A stretch of DNA of 64,000 nt from Klebsiella phage vB_KaeM_KaOmega: the sequence record MN013077.1; one strand, 5' to 3'. Numbering within the stretch: the stretch's first letter is position 1; every line of letters starts with the position of its first letter. The notes beneath the pieces are model-generated. The model saw only the letters and a program-made list of their open reading frames with translations. It searched no databases and was not told the DNA's origin. The position numbers were made by a program, and so were the translations under genes. Positions 1 to 11,114 of the stretch are shown piece by piece.

Positions 1-1488
1 ATGTCCGCTACATTCGCACCCGCGAGTCGTAAGCAACAGATGGTTCTCGAATCCAAAGCACAGATCCTCGTAATGGGAGGCGCAGCAGGCTCAGGTAAAT
101 CATACCTGCTCCAGTTGATGCCTCTGCTGATCATCGACGATCCCCGTACAGCTTGTATTATGTTCCGCCGTACAGTGCCTCAGATTCGTGGTCAGGGCGG
201 TCTGTTCGACAAAGCGAAAGATATTTACAACCAGCTTCCCCCGGTCGTCAAGCCTAAGTTCAAAGAGAACGAGATGATTGCGACATTCCCCAATGGGGCG
301 ACGGTGAAGTGGCAGTCTATGCAGCACACCAACGACAAGTACAACATCCAGGGCCTGGAATTTACTTTCATCGGTGTGGACGAAGGAACCCAGTTCGAAT
401 GGGAACAGCTTGAGTACATGATGTCGCGTTTGCGTTCAAACTCAAAGTATCCTTCCCGCATGGTTATCTCTTGTAACCCGGACCCGGATCATGAACTCCG
501 GGAGATGATCGACTGGTATCTCGATGAGAATGGCTTCCCAATCCCGGAAAGGGATGGTGTGATTCGTTGGTTTGTTCGTATCGACGACAATTACATCTGG
601 GGTGCCTCGGAGCAAGAACTGAAAGAGCGTTTCGGCAAGAAAACTCGCCCGGTATCTTTCAGCTTTATCTCCTCCACCATTTACGACAACCCTCCGATGC
701 TGATCAACAACCCGGAATACCTTGCCCAGTTGGAAGGTCTGAACGATGTTGACCGCGCCCGTCTGCTTCACGGCAACTGGGACGCCCGCCCGGAAGGTGC
801 AAACTATTTCAAACGTGACTTCCTGAAAGAGGTGGATTGCCTCCCGTTGAATGTCACTAAAGTCCGTGCTTACGATAAGGCAGGTACGGAGCGTTCCACA
901 GCAAACAAAACTCCTGACTTTACAGCCGGGATTGGTGTGGCCCGCGATGACGACGGATTTTATTATCTGTTCGGAAATTACCACGAAGAGTTCATCGACA
1001 ACGGTGAATGGTCCACCGGGACCGCAGGCCGCTTCTGTAAGAAAGCAGGCGAGCGTGATGTTATCATCACCAAACAGGCGATGCTCGACGGTGACGACAC
1101 GATCGTCATTTTCTCCGTTGACCCCGGACAGGCAGGTATTTCTGAGTTCACAACGTCATCCCGTGATCTTATCTCTAAAGGGTACTTGGTAGAGAAAGAC
1201 CCGACGCCCGGTAACAAATCGAAGCTCACTCGCTTCTCCCCGTTTGCCCAGTTGGCACAGAACGGATTTGTCCGGATCGTCAAGAAGTCATTCCCAATGG
1301 ACACGTACAACGCATTGATGAAAGAACTTGAGTCTTTCAACGGTGAACGTTCTACCGGGTCCCGTAAGGATGACTGGGCGGATGCCGTGGCATCAGGAAT
1401 TAACTTCCTGGAGAAGACCGAGGTTGTCCGTGCCGTCGCTATCCCTCGTCCAAATGCCCCTACTTTATACGCCTCACGTCGTTATTAA
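1..1488 (+). CDS. terL: terminase large subunit; starts at window edge and appears complete
   Basis: 495 aa with an N-terminal Walker A (GGAAGSGKS) and a nuclease-type C-terminal half. It sits directly upstream of the portal gene. Confidence 0.88.
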   Translation: MSATFAPASRKQQMVLESKAQILVMGGAAGSGKSYLLQLMPLLIIDDPRTACIMFRRTVPQIRGQGGLFDKAKDIYNQLPPVVKPKFKENEMIATFPNGATVKWQSMQHTNDKYNIQGLEFTFIGVDEGTQFEWEQLEYMMSRLRSNSKYPSRMVISCNPDPDHELREMIDWYLDENGFPIPERDGVIRWFVRIDDNYIWGASEQELKERFGKKTRPVSFSFISSTIYDNPPMLINNPEYLAQLEGLNDVDRARLLHGNWDARPEGANYFKRDFLKEVDCLPLNVTKVRAYDKAGTERSTANKTPDFTAGIGVARDDDGFYYLFGNYHEEFIDNGEWSTGTAGRFCKKAGERDVIITKQAMLDGDDTIVIFSVDPGQAGISEFTTSSRDLISKGYLVEKDPTPGNKSKLTRFSPFAQLAQNGFVRIVKKSFPMDTYNALMKELESFNGERSTGSRKDDWADAVASGINFLEKTEVVRAVAIPRPNAPTLYASRRY

Positions 1489-1506
1489 TATCACAGGGGA
1501 TATGCC

Positions 1507-3030
1507 GTGTCAAGAAAACGTAATCGTAATCGCTCAGTGAAGGTGGTTAAGGCCACCAGTGAGCAACTTAACGTATCCCGTATGCGTATGAGTGAGCAAG
1601 GGACCTTTGCTCTGGCTAAGGTTCAGGTTGACTCTGAACGCATGAAGGCCGAAGAGATCCGCTGGCCCAACCTGATCGGTACAGTGGAGTCAATGAAGCA
1701 GGACGCCACCGTTGCGACGGGCCTTGACATGCTGTACACTTTTGTGGAGAAAGCGTTCAAGGATTTCAAAGTAATCCCCGGGGAATCTGAGGAGTCTAAA
1801 AAGGCTGCGAAGTTCATCGAGTATTGCTTGAAGAACATGGAAGGTCAAACCCTTCGTCAGTTTGCCCGCGACGCTGCAACCTTCAACGAATATGGCCTGT
1901 CTGTCGTGGAGAAAGTCTACACTCAGGTAACCGTTGGTGAATACGTCGGTAAATACAAGGTCAAGAATCTTGCTTTCCGACCACAGGCTTCTCTGAGCCG
2001 AACTAACCCGATTGTGTACAATGCTGATGGCTCTGCTATCGTAGGCATCAAACAATCCCTGTCTGCATTCCAGAACTATACGGCGACAGAAATCGGTGTT
2101 GGTGGTCTCAACACCCGCATGGGTGATGTTATCATCCCAATCAACCGTGTCATGCTAATGAACACGGGCGGGTCTTCCTCCCAAGCGCTTGGCGTATCTC
2201 CGTTGGTGGGGTGCTACCGTGCATGGCGTGAAAAGATTCTGATTGAGAACCTGGAAGTTGTTGGTGCAACAAAGGATATGGGTGGTGTGATCGAATTGAA
2301 GATCCCATCCCAGATCCTAAACAAGGCTGCGATGGACCCGTCCTCTCCGGAAGCGGAGATGGTCCGTGGCCTGATGGAAGATGCAGCGAACGCCCACTCC
2401 GGTGAGCAGTCATTCTTCATGCTGCCGTCCGACACAAAGGACAACGCCCCTCAATACTCAATGACCCTGAAGGGCATCGACGGGATGGGCAAGCAGTACA
2501 GCACCGCACAGTTGATCAGTGACCGTAAGAAGTCAATCCTTGATCGTCTGGGTGCTGGCTTCATCAACGTGGGTAACGACAAAGGCGGTTCTTACAACCT
2601 TTCTGAGTCAAAGCAAACCATCCACACCCAGTTTGTTCAGCGTGTGAACGAGATCATTCTGGAAGCTCTGAACGAAAACCTGCTGCCACAGTTGCTGGCC
2701 CTGAATGACATCCGTCTCCCAGAGACCGAGATGCCATACGTTAAGGCCGGGGAAATCGTGGACGTGGACATGGAAGGATTCTCTAAGGCTATTCAGCGTA
2801 TTGGTGCCGTTGGCTACCTGCCGAAAACTCCGAAGGTTATCAACCGTGTTCTGGAAGTTCTGGGCATTGATGAGAAGATTGAGGAAGACATTTCTCAAGA
2901 GGAACTCATGAAGCTGTTGGGTGAAGATACCAGTCGCGCCGGGGACGGTATGACGAAAGGGTCTTCTGGTAACGGTACTGGCAAAATCTCTTCCACAAGA
3001 GATAATTCAGCGGCTAATTTGGATAATTAA
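1507..3030 (+). CDS. portal protein
   Basis: 507 aa in the position immediately after terminase, with a Gly/Ser-rich acidic C-terminus. Size and position fit a portal. Confidence 0.8.
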   Translation: MSRKRNRNRSVKVVKATSEQLNVSRMRMSEQGTFALAKVQVDSERMKAEEIRWPNLIGTVESMKQDATVATGLDMLYTFVEKAFKDFKVIPGESEESKKAAKFIEYCLKNMEGQTLRQFARDAATFNEYGLSVVEKVYTQVTVGEYVGKYKVKNLAFRPQASLSRTNPIVYNADGSAIVGIKQSLSAFQNYTATEIGVGGLNTRMGDVIIPINRVMLMNTGGSSSQALGVSPLVGCYRAWREKILIENLEVVGATKDMGGVIELKIPSQILNKAAMDPSSPEAEMVRGLMEDAANAHSGEQSFFMLPSDTKDNAPQYSMTLKGIDGMGKQYSTAQLISDRKKSILDRLGAGFINVGNDKGGSYNLSESKQTIHTQFVQRVNEIILEALNENLLPQLLALNDIRLPETEMPYVKAGEIVDVDMEGFSKAIQRIGAVGYLPKTPKVINRVLEVLGIDEKIEEDISQEELMKLLGEDTSRAGDGMTKGSSGNGTGKISSTRDNSAANLDN

Positions 3031-3096
3031 TCCGGTCGTGAAAACAACCTGTTGCAAAACAGTCAGTTCAGTGCTAAAATAATTATCACGGGAGCA

Positions 3097-3675
3097 ATGA
3101 TGGAAAACATTACCCTTTCCGACCTTCCTTCACAAACTAATCTGACTCGCATCCAAAAGAGTCGGTTTGTGAAAAAGGCCAACGACCTGCTGGCACAGGG
3201 CTTTAATAAAGCTGCTGCTATCAACGGGGCCGTTGGCTCCGTCCTTGTCCAGAAATCCGCTGATGCAGAAGAAATGATTTCTTACGAGATCATTTACGAA
3301 CCTGACACACCGGACCTTCACGGACAGTGGATGTCTAAAGAGACCTTGGTAAAGGCTCAACAAGATTTCAAAAAGGCTCAGGAACTCGGTGCTGTCACGG
3401 AGAACCTGTATCACCTTTTTGATACCGACTCTTGGAAAATCGTTGACCACTGGATTCAACCAGAGTTCGACGTAACTGTAGCCGAGACTGGCGAAATAAT
3501 CAAGGCCGGGTCTTGGGTAGCGAAAGTTCAGTACACCCCTGAGACATGGGCGTTGAAGAAGGCAGGAATTGTCGGCGGTCTCTCTGTGCAATGCGGCGGG
3601 ATGCTGAATGAGGAAACCAACGAACTTTCCAATCTTGATTTCAGTATTGCCATTGAAGAAGAGGATGCCAAATGA
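3097..3675 (+). CDS. head morphogenesis protein, possibly the prohead protease. Start moved to ATGATG because of a GGGAG RBS; the ORF is open from 3052.
   Basis: It lies between portal and scaffold as lambda C does relative to Nu3. Its stop overlaps the scaffold start (ATGA). Confidence 0.4.
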   Translation: MMENITLSDLPSQTNLTRIQKSRFVKKANDLLAQGFNKAAAINGAVGSVLVQKSADAEEMISYEIIYEPDTPDLHGQWMSKETLVKAQQDFKKAQELGAVTENLYHLFDTDSWKIVDHWIQPEFDVTVAETGEIIKAGSWVAKVQYTPETWALKKAGIVGGLSVQCGGMLNEETNELSNLDFSIAIEEEDAK

Positions 3676-4778
3676 TCAAGACGTGGATCGAGAAGGGTCG
3701 CCAGATTAAATCTCGCGGCATCGCTCTCACTCACCGAGATCAGGGCTACAGCGCGAATAACCGCCACGTCAGCCTCCTGACCAAATCTGAAGTTGACCCT
3801 GACAAGCTCACGGTTGAACTCATCAAATCCCTCGAACAGGTCACTCTGTCCATCTCTATGGAAGAGTATCTGCGTCGCTTCTTCCACCTGTGGAGTGGAG
3901 ATGCGGAGTTGCTCACCAAAGTGCTGGGCATGAAGACCGAGTTCGAACAGTCCGTCGAAGACAACCCGCCGGAAGATGATTCTTGGGAAGCAGACTGGAA
4001 TGAGCGCCACCAGAAATATCTGGAAGAGAAGCTCTCCTCTGTATCCATCATCAAGAAAGCGAAGGCTGGCGACGAACTGTCACTGCTTGAACAGTTTGAA
4101 CTCATCAAGGCCCGTAAGGACTTCGAAGATGGTTGCCTGAAAATGGACCTCGACTTCGGTGATGTGAAAACTGTAACCGAACCCGCTGCGGAAGTCAAGC
4201 CTGCTGTGGAAACACAAAAGTCCAAGACTACTGTAGCGCCAACTGAAAGCTCCGCTGGAGCGACTATCAAACCCGACGAGGAGATTCCCGTGGAGAAAGA
4301 AGTTGATGTAACCAAATCTGCTGCTTTTATCGAAATGCAGAAAGCGTTGGCAGAGCAGACTGAATTGATGAAAGCTATGCAGGCTCAGGTAGCCGATGCA
4401 CAGGAAATCATCAAAGCTCAGAAAGCCGCTAAACGCGCTGTAGCTGTCGAGAAAGCTGCTGGCTTTACTTTCGTAGCCGCCGATCAGCGTGAAGCTATTG
4501 CTGACGTGATCGAAAACCCTGCTCAGGCAACTCTGGTAGCTGTACTGGAGAAAGCCGCTGCGGATCTGAAAGCAAAAGACGAAGCTCTGGCTGCTAAAGA
4601 TCTGGAGATCGAAGAAGTCAAGAAATCCTTCGCTAATGGCAAAGAAGTCGGTGCTGATGGCACTCTGACTGAAGTAGCCAAGGGTTCCGAAGATGCGCAG
4701 GCTCGCCTGGACCGTATCATCGCCGAGAAAGTGGAACTGGCTAAAGCCAAACAAACCACTGAATTTGTTAACGCCTAA
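3672..4778 (+). CDS. scaffolding protein
   Basis: 368 aa, Glu/Ala/Lys-rich with predicted coiled coil and an acidic middle. It lies upstream of the decoration and capsid genes. Confidence 0.6.
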   Translation: MIKTWIEKGRQIKSRGIALTHRDQGYSANNRHVSLLTKSEVDPDKLTVELIKSLEQVTLSISMEEYLRRFFHLWSGDAELLTKVLGMKTEFEQSVEDNPPEDDSWEADWNERHQKYLEEKLSSVSIIKKAKAGDELSLLEQFELIKARKDFEDGCLKMDLDFGDVKTVTEPAAEVKPAVETQKSKTTVAPTESSAGATIKPDEEIPVEKEVDVTKSAAFIEMQKALAEQTELMKAMQAQVADAQEIIKAQKAAKRAVAVEKAAGFTFVAADQREAIADVIENPAQATLVAVLEKAAADLKAKDEALAAKDLEIEEVKKSFANGKEVGADGTLTEVAKGSEDAQARLDRIIAEKVELAKAKQTTEFVNA

Positions 4779-4795
4779 TCTGGAGACCCCAAAAA

Positions 4796-5254
4796 ATGGC
4801 TAAAGCACACGTTGCTACTCTCGAAGGTAACTACTCTGACATCGTTCTGGGCCGTGTTGTTGCCTTTGGTGACACTGGTTGGAACTTCAAAGAAGTTGAC
4901 ATGACCTACATCGCATCTGATGCCGATGCAGACTCTAAAACCACCCTGTTCGCAGGGATGCTGGTTGGTGAAGACGGTACTCCGGTAGCCGCTCCTGCTA
5001 ACTCTGCCGACATTTATGGTGTTCTGGTTGACCGTAAGGTACTGCCGGGCTACGAATACTTCACTGGCGTGTTTGAGCCGGGTGAGAAGGTTCCGATGGT
5101 TCTGGCTGTTCGTGGTCTGACCCTGAACGCACTGAAAGTCAAATACGCTGACGGCACCGCGATCGACGCCGCAGGTATCAAGGTTCTGGAAGCCCAAGGT
5201 AACCAGGTAACTGATAAGATTGTCGGCACCCAGTTCATCGGTTCCGTACTGTAA
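4796..5254 (+). CDS. head decoration protein candidate
   Basis: 152 aa, Gly/Val-rich beta-type, immediately upstream of the major capsid gene, matching lambda D-E order. Confidence 0.45.
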   Translation: MAKAHVATLEGNYSDIVLGRVVAFGDTGWNFKEVDMTYIASDADADSKTTLFAGMLVGEDGTPVAAPANSADIYGVLVDRKVLPGYEYFTGVFEPGEKVPMVLAVRGLTLNALKVKYADGTAIDAAGIKVLEAQGNQVTDKIVGTQFIGSVL

Positions 5255-5274
5255 TTCCAACAGGAGATATTTAA

Positions 5275-6273
5275 ATGCAAAACGGTAATTTCCAGATTCT
5301 TGATTACTCTGGCCTGATCTCCACCATGCCACGTGTGGACACTCTGCTCCAGAGCATGAACCTGTTCACCGAGCATTTCGGTCGTACCACTGTTGCCCGT
5401 ATCGAACGTGAAGACGACGGTGCTGGCGAGATCAAAGCTGTTCAGCGTGGTGGTGTGCGTCAGCACCTGGCTAACAACCGTAAGAAAATTGTTAACCTGA
5501 ACATCCCGTTCTTCCCTCTGGACCGTTCTATCGACCGTGCAGACATTCAGAACTTCCGTGAGTTCGGTACTCCGGATGCTCCTGCGACTGTAGAGGCTGA
5601 AGTTCAGCGTCACATGGCTCGTATTCGTCGTAGCCACGCGATCCTGAAGTCCAAAGCGATGTATGCGGCTCTGAAGGGCACCTCCTGGTCTCCTGATGAT
5701 CCGGTTAGCGATTACAACTACTACGAAGTTTGGGGCGCAACCCAGACTACCGCAGATGTTGACTTCACCAAGTTGGGCGTTGACCCGATCGAGGTACTGG
5801 AAGCTGAAGCACGTGCTCACATCATCGACTGGGCTGGTGACAACGGTGACAACTACGAGATCGTCGTTCTGGCATCCCGTCAGTGGTTCTCCGCTCTGAT
5901 CGCTCACCCGCAGGTGACTGGTGCGTACTCTCAGTACCCATCCACTCAGGAAATGCTGCGTCGTCGTCTGGGCGGTAACGCTAACAACCGTATCTTCGAA
6001 CACAAGAACATCCTGTTCATCGAAGATATCTCCGGTAACATCCCGGCAGGTGAAGCGTACATCTTCCCACGTGGTATCTCTCGTATGTTCGAGATCTACT
6101 ACGCGCCGAGCGACACCCTGCGTGACGCTAACAAGGTGGCTCAGGAACTGTACGTGTTCTTCAAAGAGTCCGACTACCTGCGTGAAGCGAAGATCGAATC
6201 CGAGACTTCCTTCCTGACTGTAAACAACCGTCCTGAACTGGTTGTTAAGTCAACAGGTAAGTTCACCGCTTAA
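5275..6273 (+). CDS. major capsid protein (lambda gpE-like)
   Basis: 332 aa with recalled similarity in layout and motifs to the gpE family. It is followed by a strong terminator, as expected for a highly expressed gene. Confidence 0.75.
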   Translation: MQNGNFQILDYSGLISTMPRVDTLLQSMNLFTEHFGRTTVARIEREDDGAGEIKAVQRGGVRQHLANNRKKIVNLNIPFFPLDRSIDRADIQNFREFGTPDAPATVEAEVQRHMARIRRSHAILKSKAMYAALKGTSWSPDDPVSDYNYYEVWGATQTTADVDFTKLGVDPIEVLEAEARAHIIDWAGDNGDNYEIVVLASRQWFSALIAHPQVTGAYSQYPSTQEMLRRRLGGNANNRIFEHKNILFIEDISGNIPAGEAYIFPRGISRMFEIYYAPSDTLRDANKVAQELYVFFKESDYLREAKIESETSFLTVNNRPELVVKSTGKFTA

Positions 6274-6279
6274 TTGGAA

Positions 6280-6308
6280 AAGGTCACCTTCGGGTGGCCT
6301 TTTTTATT
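6280..6308 (+). terminator. rho-independent terminator after the capsid gene
   Basis: aaaggtcacc-ttcg-ggtggccttt hairpin (10 bp with one G-U pair) followed by ttttttatt. Confidence 0.8.
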
Positions 6309-6335
6309 GACTGCGGTATAACTGTACATTTTAAG
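6307..6335 (+). promoter_or_regulatory. weak sigma70-like promoter candidate
   Basis: TTGACT, 17-nt spacer, TTTAAG in the 120-bp gap before 6394. Confidence 0.25.
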
Positions 6336-6393
6336 CAAAATAGTGTACCATTGTAAGATAGGCTTTTGATTCACAACGAAGGAGTATCCTATA

Positions 6394-7008
6394 ATGGCAC
6401 AACCTCACCTGGAAGTCTTCCAGAGCGAATATCACATGCTCAAGTTCTTCGGACAATACCTGCCGAAACTGGACGTTGACGCATCAGCCCGACTGGCCCC
6501 ATTCCTGTATTCATACGATGGTGAACTGGTAATGGGTCGTAACCTTTATGAGTTCCTGAACCAGATTGAAGCGATGACTGCCTTGGGCATCAACACTATT
6601 GCATCGGTCCAGAAAGGCGCTGCATTCCTGATCTTCTTCGATGAGACTCCTAAGTCCCCTGAGAAGTTCTTGGCTAATATCGGAGAGATCAAAGCGGCTC
6701 GTGCCAATGTGATCCCGGAAGATATTGAGACCGAGGTGGAATCACCGCTGTCCTCTCTGGTACAAACAACTGTAATCGATCCTACCCCTGAAGTCAAGGA
6801 AGAAGTGAAGGAAGAGGAAAAAACTGCCTCTACCCGCACCGATGAGCAGAAGGCAGAGATCCTGGCTCATGCAGAAACCCTGCGTGATGACACCAAAAAG
6901 GCGGCTGCTAAGGCTGCGCTGGAATCCTACGCTTTGACTATGGAGATCTCTCTGAGCAAGGCTAAGACTTTTGACGCAATGTTGGAAGACCTGAAAGCTG
7001 CACTGTAA
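6394..7008 (+). CDS. hypothetical protein, acidic C-terminal half
   Basis: 204 aa with a GGAG RBS; unknown function. Confidence 0.55.
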   Translation: MAQPHLEVFQSEYHMLKFFGQYLPKLDVDASARLAPFLYSYDGELVMGRNLYEFLNQIEAMTALGINTIASVQKGAAFLIFFDETPKSPEKFLANIGEIKAARANVIPEDIETEVESPLSSLVQTTVIDPTPEVKEEVKEEEKTASTRTDEQKAEILAHAETLRDDTKKAAAKAALESYALTMEISLSKAKTFDAMLEDLKAAL

Positions 7009-7068
7009 TTCCCTCCGGCCCCCAAGCGGGGCCATCCTCCTCCAATCCCGCCTCCGGAGAAGCAAGTA

Positions 7069-10000
7069 ATGGCACAATATGAAGATAAGGTCGTAGAAGT
7101 TCTGGTGACACTCCCAGAGCCGTCTGCGAGCACCTCTGGTGGTTCTGGTGCGCCGTTCACGGGCATCGAGACCCAAGACACTGTATCCACCACACTGATT
7201 GGTGACGGTACTCAATCCTCTCCTCTGCAAGCAAACATCAATATTTCCCGCCGCACTGGTAACCGCCTGCAAGTGGTTAGCTCCTCCAGCGAGCAGGGTC
7301 TGTATGTTGCTGGCTCTGACACCAAGGTGTCTGCGAAAGATGGCAACACCGTAACTTACATCTCCGCACAAGAAGCAGCTAACGCTGGCAACCCCGCGCT
7401 GGAAGGTGTATACTCCGATCCGGTAAACGTGTCAACCACGTCACCGAAGAAGACTCTGGAAATCAAAGCCGACCCGACAGGTAAAGCCAAGACCCAGATC
7501 GACGTGATCGTTGACCCAGCGGCACAGAACGCTTTGGTTGCTGGCTCTGCTGGCCTGAGTGTACCTGTTTCTGCCGCACAAGACAACACTTTGGAAATCC
7601 GCCAGGGTGCTCTGTACGTTCGTCCTCAAGAGACCAAAATCTCTCAAGACCCGAACAACAAAATCGAAGTCAAGCCTGACGGTATCTATGTTGAAACCGT
7701 GAAGGGTGATAAGGGCGATACCGGGGCCACAGGCCCGGCTGGCCCAGAGGGTCCAGAAGGTCCGGAAGGCCCTCAAGGCCCAGAAGGTCCGCAGGGACCG
7801 CAGGGCGAAAAGGGCGATAAAGGTGACACCGGGGCAACTGGTGCGACTGGCCCGGCGGGTGCTACAGGTGCTCGTGGTCCAGAAGGTCCTAAAGGCCCAG
7901 CGGGGATCGGTATCAACGTTATCGATCAACTGGACGACGTTTCTCAGCTTCCGGCTGTTGCAGAGATGGAACTGGGTGACACCTACGTTATCGGTCAGAA
8001 CTTCTGGACTGTTGTGAATGAATCCAACGTCAAGCAGTGGAAAGACATCGGTAACTTTGCAGGCCCAGAAGGTCTGTCTGCCTATGAAGTTGCAGAGGCC
8101 GCAGGTTTCGTCGGTACTGTTGACGAATGGCTGGCATCCCTGAAAGGGGCTGATGGTATCGGTCTGCAAATCCTTGGGGCATTCAGCGATCCTTCTTTCC
8201 TTCCTATGGAGGGTAACAACCCGGGTGACTGCTACATCATCAACGACCTGATGTACGTATGGACAGGTGAAGAAGATAAGTGGCAGACTGTCGGTCAGAT
8301 CGGTCCAGAAGGTAAATCTGCGTATCAGGTATGGCTGGCTAACGGTCACACCGGGTCTCAGGTTGACTTCCTGAACTCCCTGATTGGCCCGCAGGGTCCA
8401 AAAGGGGACAAGGGTGACAAAGGCGACCCGGGCGTAGACGGTAAAAACGCGAACGCCATCAACATCCTTGGTAAGGTTGCTGACGAAGCAAGCCTGCCAG
8501 CGGGTGCTGACGCAGGTGACGCATACCTCGTAGGAACGAACGTGTTCGTTTCTGACGGCGCAGGTAACTGGGAAAACTTGGGTTCCTTCCAAGGCCCAAA
8601 AGGTGATAAGGGCGATACTGGTGCTACTGGCCCGCAGGGAGAGAAAGGTGATCAGGGTGATGTCGGTAAAGACAACTACGCACTGGCAGTCGAAAATGGC
8701 TTCCAAGGTTCCCTGACTGAATACCTCGCATCCTTGAAAGGCGAGAAGGGTGATGTAGGCCCAGCGGGTCCTCGTGGTAACCCGGGTGCAACTGGCCCCC
8801 AAGGTCCTGTCGGTGAAGGTCTGACCATTCTTGGTACGAAAGCCAACGAGGGTGAACTACCTGCTGACCCGACGGTCGGTGATGCGTGGCTGATCGGTGA
8901 CGACCTGTTCATCTACAACGGGACTGCTTGGCAGAACGTTGGCCCTGTTCGTGGTCCGAAGGGTGACACCGGGGCAACTGGCCCGGCTGGCGCTAAAGGT
9001 GACAAAGGCGACACTGGCGATGAAGGTCCTGAAGGTCCGCAAGGTCCTAAAGGTGACCAAGGTGACGTAGGTCCTAAAGGGACTAGCCTGAACCCTAAAG
9101 GTACTGTTCCTACCGAAGCAGATCTCCCAACAGAAGATAACGCCAATGGCGACTTCTGGACCACTGTTGATACAGGTGAAGGTTTTGCCTGGGACGGCCT
9201 ACAGTGGGTCAACACCGGGATGGCCCGTGGTAACACCGGACCTCAAGGTGAAAAAGGGGACAAAGGCGATAAGGGTGACCAAGGCGATAAGGGCGACAAC
9301 GGCGCGGGTCTGACCCCTAAAGCGTCTGTAGCTAACGAAGCTGCTCTGCCTGCCACTGGAAACACCGTGGGTGACTTCCGTGTTGCTGAAGACACTGGCA
9401 TCGGTTACTCTTGGGACGGTAGCGCTTGGATCAATATGGGCACCACTCGTGGTCCTAAAGGTGATCAGGGTGATGTTGGCCCGCAGGGTCCTAAAGGGGA
9501 TACTGGTGACGCAGGTCCACAGGGCGAAACTGGCCCGGCAGGCCCAGACGGTCCAGAGGGTCCTCAAGGTCCTATCGGGCCTCAAGGCGATATCGGTCCG
9601 CAGGGACCTCAAGGTCCGCAGGGTGACATCGGCCCTGGTGTCGAGATCCTGGGTAAACTCAACAGCACTTCAGAACTTCCTTCTACCGGGACGCTGGGTC
9701 AAGGTTATCTGATCGACGGCGACTTCTGGGGGTGGACTGGTTCTGCCTACGAGAACTTGGGTCGTATCCAAGGTCCGGTTGGGCCTGTAGGTCCAACTGG
9801 TGACCAAGGGCCTCAAGGTCCGCAGGGGGTTAAGGGTGACAAGGGTGACCAAGGTTCCTTGTGGATCGTGTTTGACCGTGACCCGGGTACAGCCGATGGT
9901 CGTGTTGGTGACTACTTCCTGAACTCCTCAACGTTGCAGTTCTTCCGTAAGACGAACGCAACCACTTGGGCACCGATGGGTTACATGGGCGGCGGCAACG

Positions 10001-10422
10001 TCTATGATTCCCCGAAAGACGGTAAGCAGTATGCCCGTATCGACGGGGATTGGACCCCGGTAGAGGTTCTGGAAGCCCCAGAAGACTCCGGCTACTACGT
10101 TCGCGTGGACGGTGCATGGAAGAAGTTGGATCGTTACGACCTGCGTGTGATGTCTGCGACTGGCGCACTGGATGCTTCCGTATCCAACGTGTTCACCGTT
10201 GATGGAACCACGTCTAAGGCAATCACCATCTCCAACCTGCCAGCAGGTCGTGCGATGACTGTGGTTGTTAAGTTCCTCGGTAAAGGTGGGTCCATGACCT
10301 GGCCTACCCCGATGGCATGGTCTAACGGCACCCAGCCAGCGCTTGGTACTACCCGTACCATCCTGACGTTCTTCTGGGACGGCACGGACCTGACTGGTGT
10401 TCAGGCGATGACTGTAGACTAA
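7069..10422 (+). CDS. collagen-like repeat fibre protein
   Basis: 1117 aa. At least 9 G-X-Y tracts ([17 protein letters not shown]...) alternate with a repeated ~45-aa module (LP..GD.Y.....W...G..W.N.G) and SAYEVA..G...V.EWLASLKG units. The N-terminus [11 protein letters not shown] resembles the sheath protein N-terminus. Confidence 0.85.
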   Translation: MAQYEDKVVEVLVTLPEPSASTSGGSGAPFTGIETQDTVSTTLIGDGTQSSPLQANINISRRTGNRLQVVSSSSEQGLYVAGSDTKVSAKDGNTVTYISAQEAANAGNPALEGVYSDPVNVSTTSPKKTLEIKADPTGKAKTQIDVIVDPAAQNALVAGSAGLSVPVSAAQDNTLEIRQGALYVRPQETKISQDPNNKIEVKPDGIYVETVKGDKGDTGATGPAGPEGPEGPEGPQGPEGPQGPQGEKGDKGDTGATGATGPAGATGARGPEGPKGPAGIGINVIDQLDDVSQLPAVAEMELGDTYVIGQNFWTVVNESNVKQWKDIGNFAGPEGLSAYEVAEAAGFVGTVDEWLASLKGADGIGLQILGAFSDPSFLPMEGNNPGDCYIINDLMYVWTGEEDKWQTVGQIGPEGKSAYQVWLANGHTGSQVDFLNSLIGPQGPKGDKGDKGDPGVDGKNANAINILGKVADEASLPAGADAGDAYLVGTNVFVSDGAGNWENLGSFQGPKGDKGDTGATGPQGEKGDQGDVGKDNYALAVENGFQGSLTEYLASLKGEKGDVGPAGPRGNPGATGPQGPVGEGLTILGTKANEGELPADPTVGDAWLIGDDLFIYNGTAWQNVGPVRGPKGDTGATGPAGAKGDKGDTGDEGPEGPQGPKGDQGDVGPKGTSLNPKGTVPTEADLPTEDNANGDFWTTVDTGEGFAWDGLQWVNTGMARGNTGPQGEKGDKGDKGDQGDKGDNGAGLTPKASVANEAALPATGNTVGDFRVAEDTGIGYSWDGSAWINMGTTRGPKGDQGDVGPQGPKGDTGDAGPQGETGPAGPDGPEGPQGPIGPQGDIGPQGPQGPQGDIGPGVEILGKLNSTSELPSTGTLGQGYLIDGDFWGWTGSAYENLGRIQGPVGPVGPTGDQGPQGPQGVKGDKGDQGSLWIVFDRDPGTADGRVGDYFLNSSTLQFFRKTNATTWAPMGYMGGGNVYDSPKDGKQYARIDGDWTPVEVLEAPEDSGYYVRVDGAWKKLDRYDLRVMSATGALDASVSNVFTVDGTTSKAITISNLPAGRAMTVVVKFLGKGGSMTWPTPMAWSNGTQPALGTTRTILTFFWDGTDLTGVQAMTVD

Positions 10423-10427
10423 TACCC

Positions 10428-10448
10428 AAGGGGGCTTCGGCCCCCTTC
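10428..10448 (+). terminator. GC hairpin without a clear U-tract (partial terminator or processing site)
   Basis: aagggggc-ttcg-gcccccttc immediately after the fibre stop codon. Confidence 0.4.
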
Positions 10449-10462
10449 ACAAGGAGATTCAA

Positions 10463-11113
10463 ATGGCTGTAGATCCTACCAGCAAGGTTTATGCTTGGAC
10501 ACCGATGATTCGTTTGTCCGACATGAAATATCCTGTCTATCTTAGCGACTTCCTCAAAGAACATACCAACGTAAGTATCGGTTCTTACGTTTGGGAAAAG
10601 GACATGCGTGACCTGTGGGGTTACTGCATGGTCCATGATTCTGAAGTTCCTGTCGGTGATGTCGTTACCGAAGGAAAACCGGAGCTAAACGAAGAAGATG
10701 ACCTGTGGTACAAGACTTGGGTTGCTCGTGATTTCTATCCTGAAGAGATCGCAGAGAACTTGGCCCGTGCCAAGGAAGATCACCGTATCCGAGCTTACCA
10801 ACAGTACACCTCTGACCTAACCTCCGGCGTGACCGTAGATGGGCAAGTGTTCTCTGTTGAGCCACGAGAGCTTATCAACTTGGATACCATCAAGGCATAC
10901 GCCCAAGCGCATCCTGATGACAATATCCTGATCCGCACATCTGATTTCGGAACGCTTTCTCTACCATCCACCGATGCTGTAGAGAAGATCAATACGATCA
11001 TGATTGCAACCGGGAAGGTTCACCAGAATCTCCTGGCTTACGTAAAAACTGTGTACGACACTGAAGTCATCACAGATATCCCTGAAGTCCCTCAAACTTT
11101 CGTAGGAGAATAA
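10463..11113 (+). CDS. hypothetical virion or assembly protein
   Basis: 216 aa with an AAGGAG RBS. Confidence 0.55.
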   Translation: MAVDPTSKVYAWTPMIRLSDMKYPVYLSDFLKEHTNVSIGSYVWEKDMRDLWGYCMVHDSEVPVGDVVTEGKPELNEEDDLWYKTWVARDFYPEEIAENLARAKEDHRIRAYQQYTSDLTSGVTVDGQVFSVEPRELINLDTIKAYAQAHPDDNILIRTSDFGTLSLPSTDAVEKINTIMIATGKVHQNLLAYVKTVYDTEVITDIPEVPQTFVGE

Positions 11114-11114
11114 C

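Noticed and set aside
3052-3096. Upstream extension of the 3097 gene (MQNSQFSAKIIITGA...)
   Set aside because: There is no RBS at 3052, and there is a GGGAG 7 nt before the ATGATG at 3097.
6389-6394. Perfect TATAAT hexamer just before the 6394 gene
   Set aside because: It overlaps the ATG itself, so transcription from it would start inside the coding sequence. It is treated as coincidental.
7441-8802. 453-aa antisense ORF inside the collagen-like fibre gene
   Set aside because: It arises from the GC-rich, repetitive G-X-Y coding. It has no RBS and its product is Arg/Thr/Cys-rich and nonsensical.
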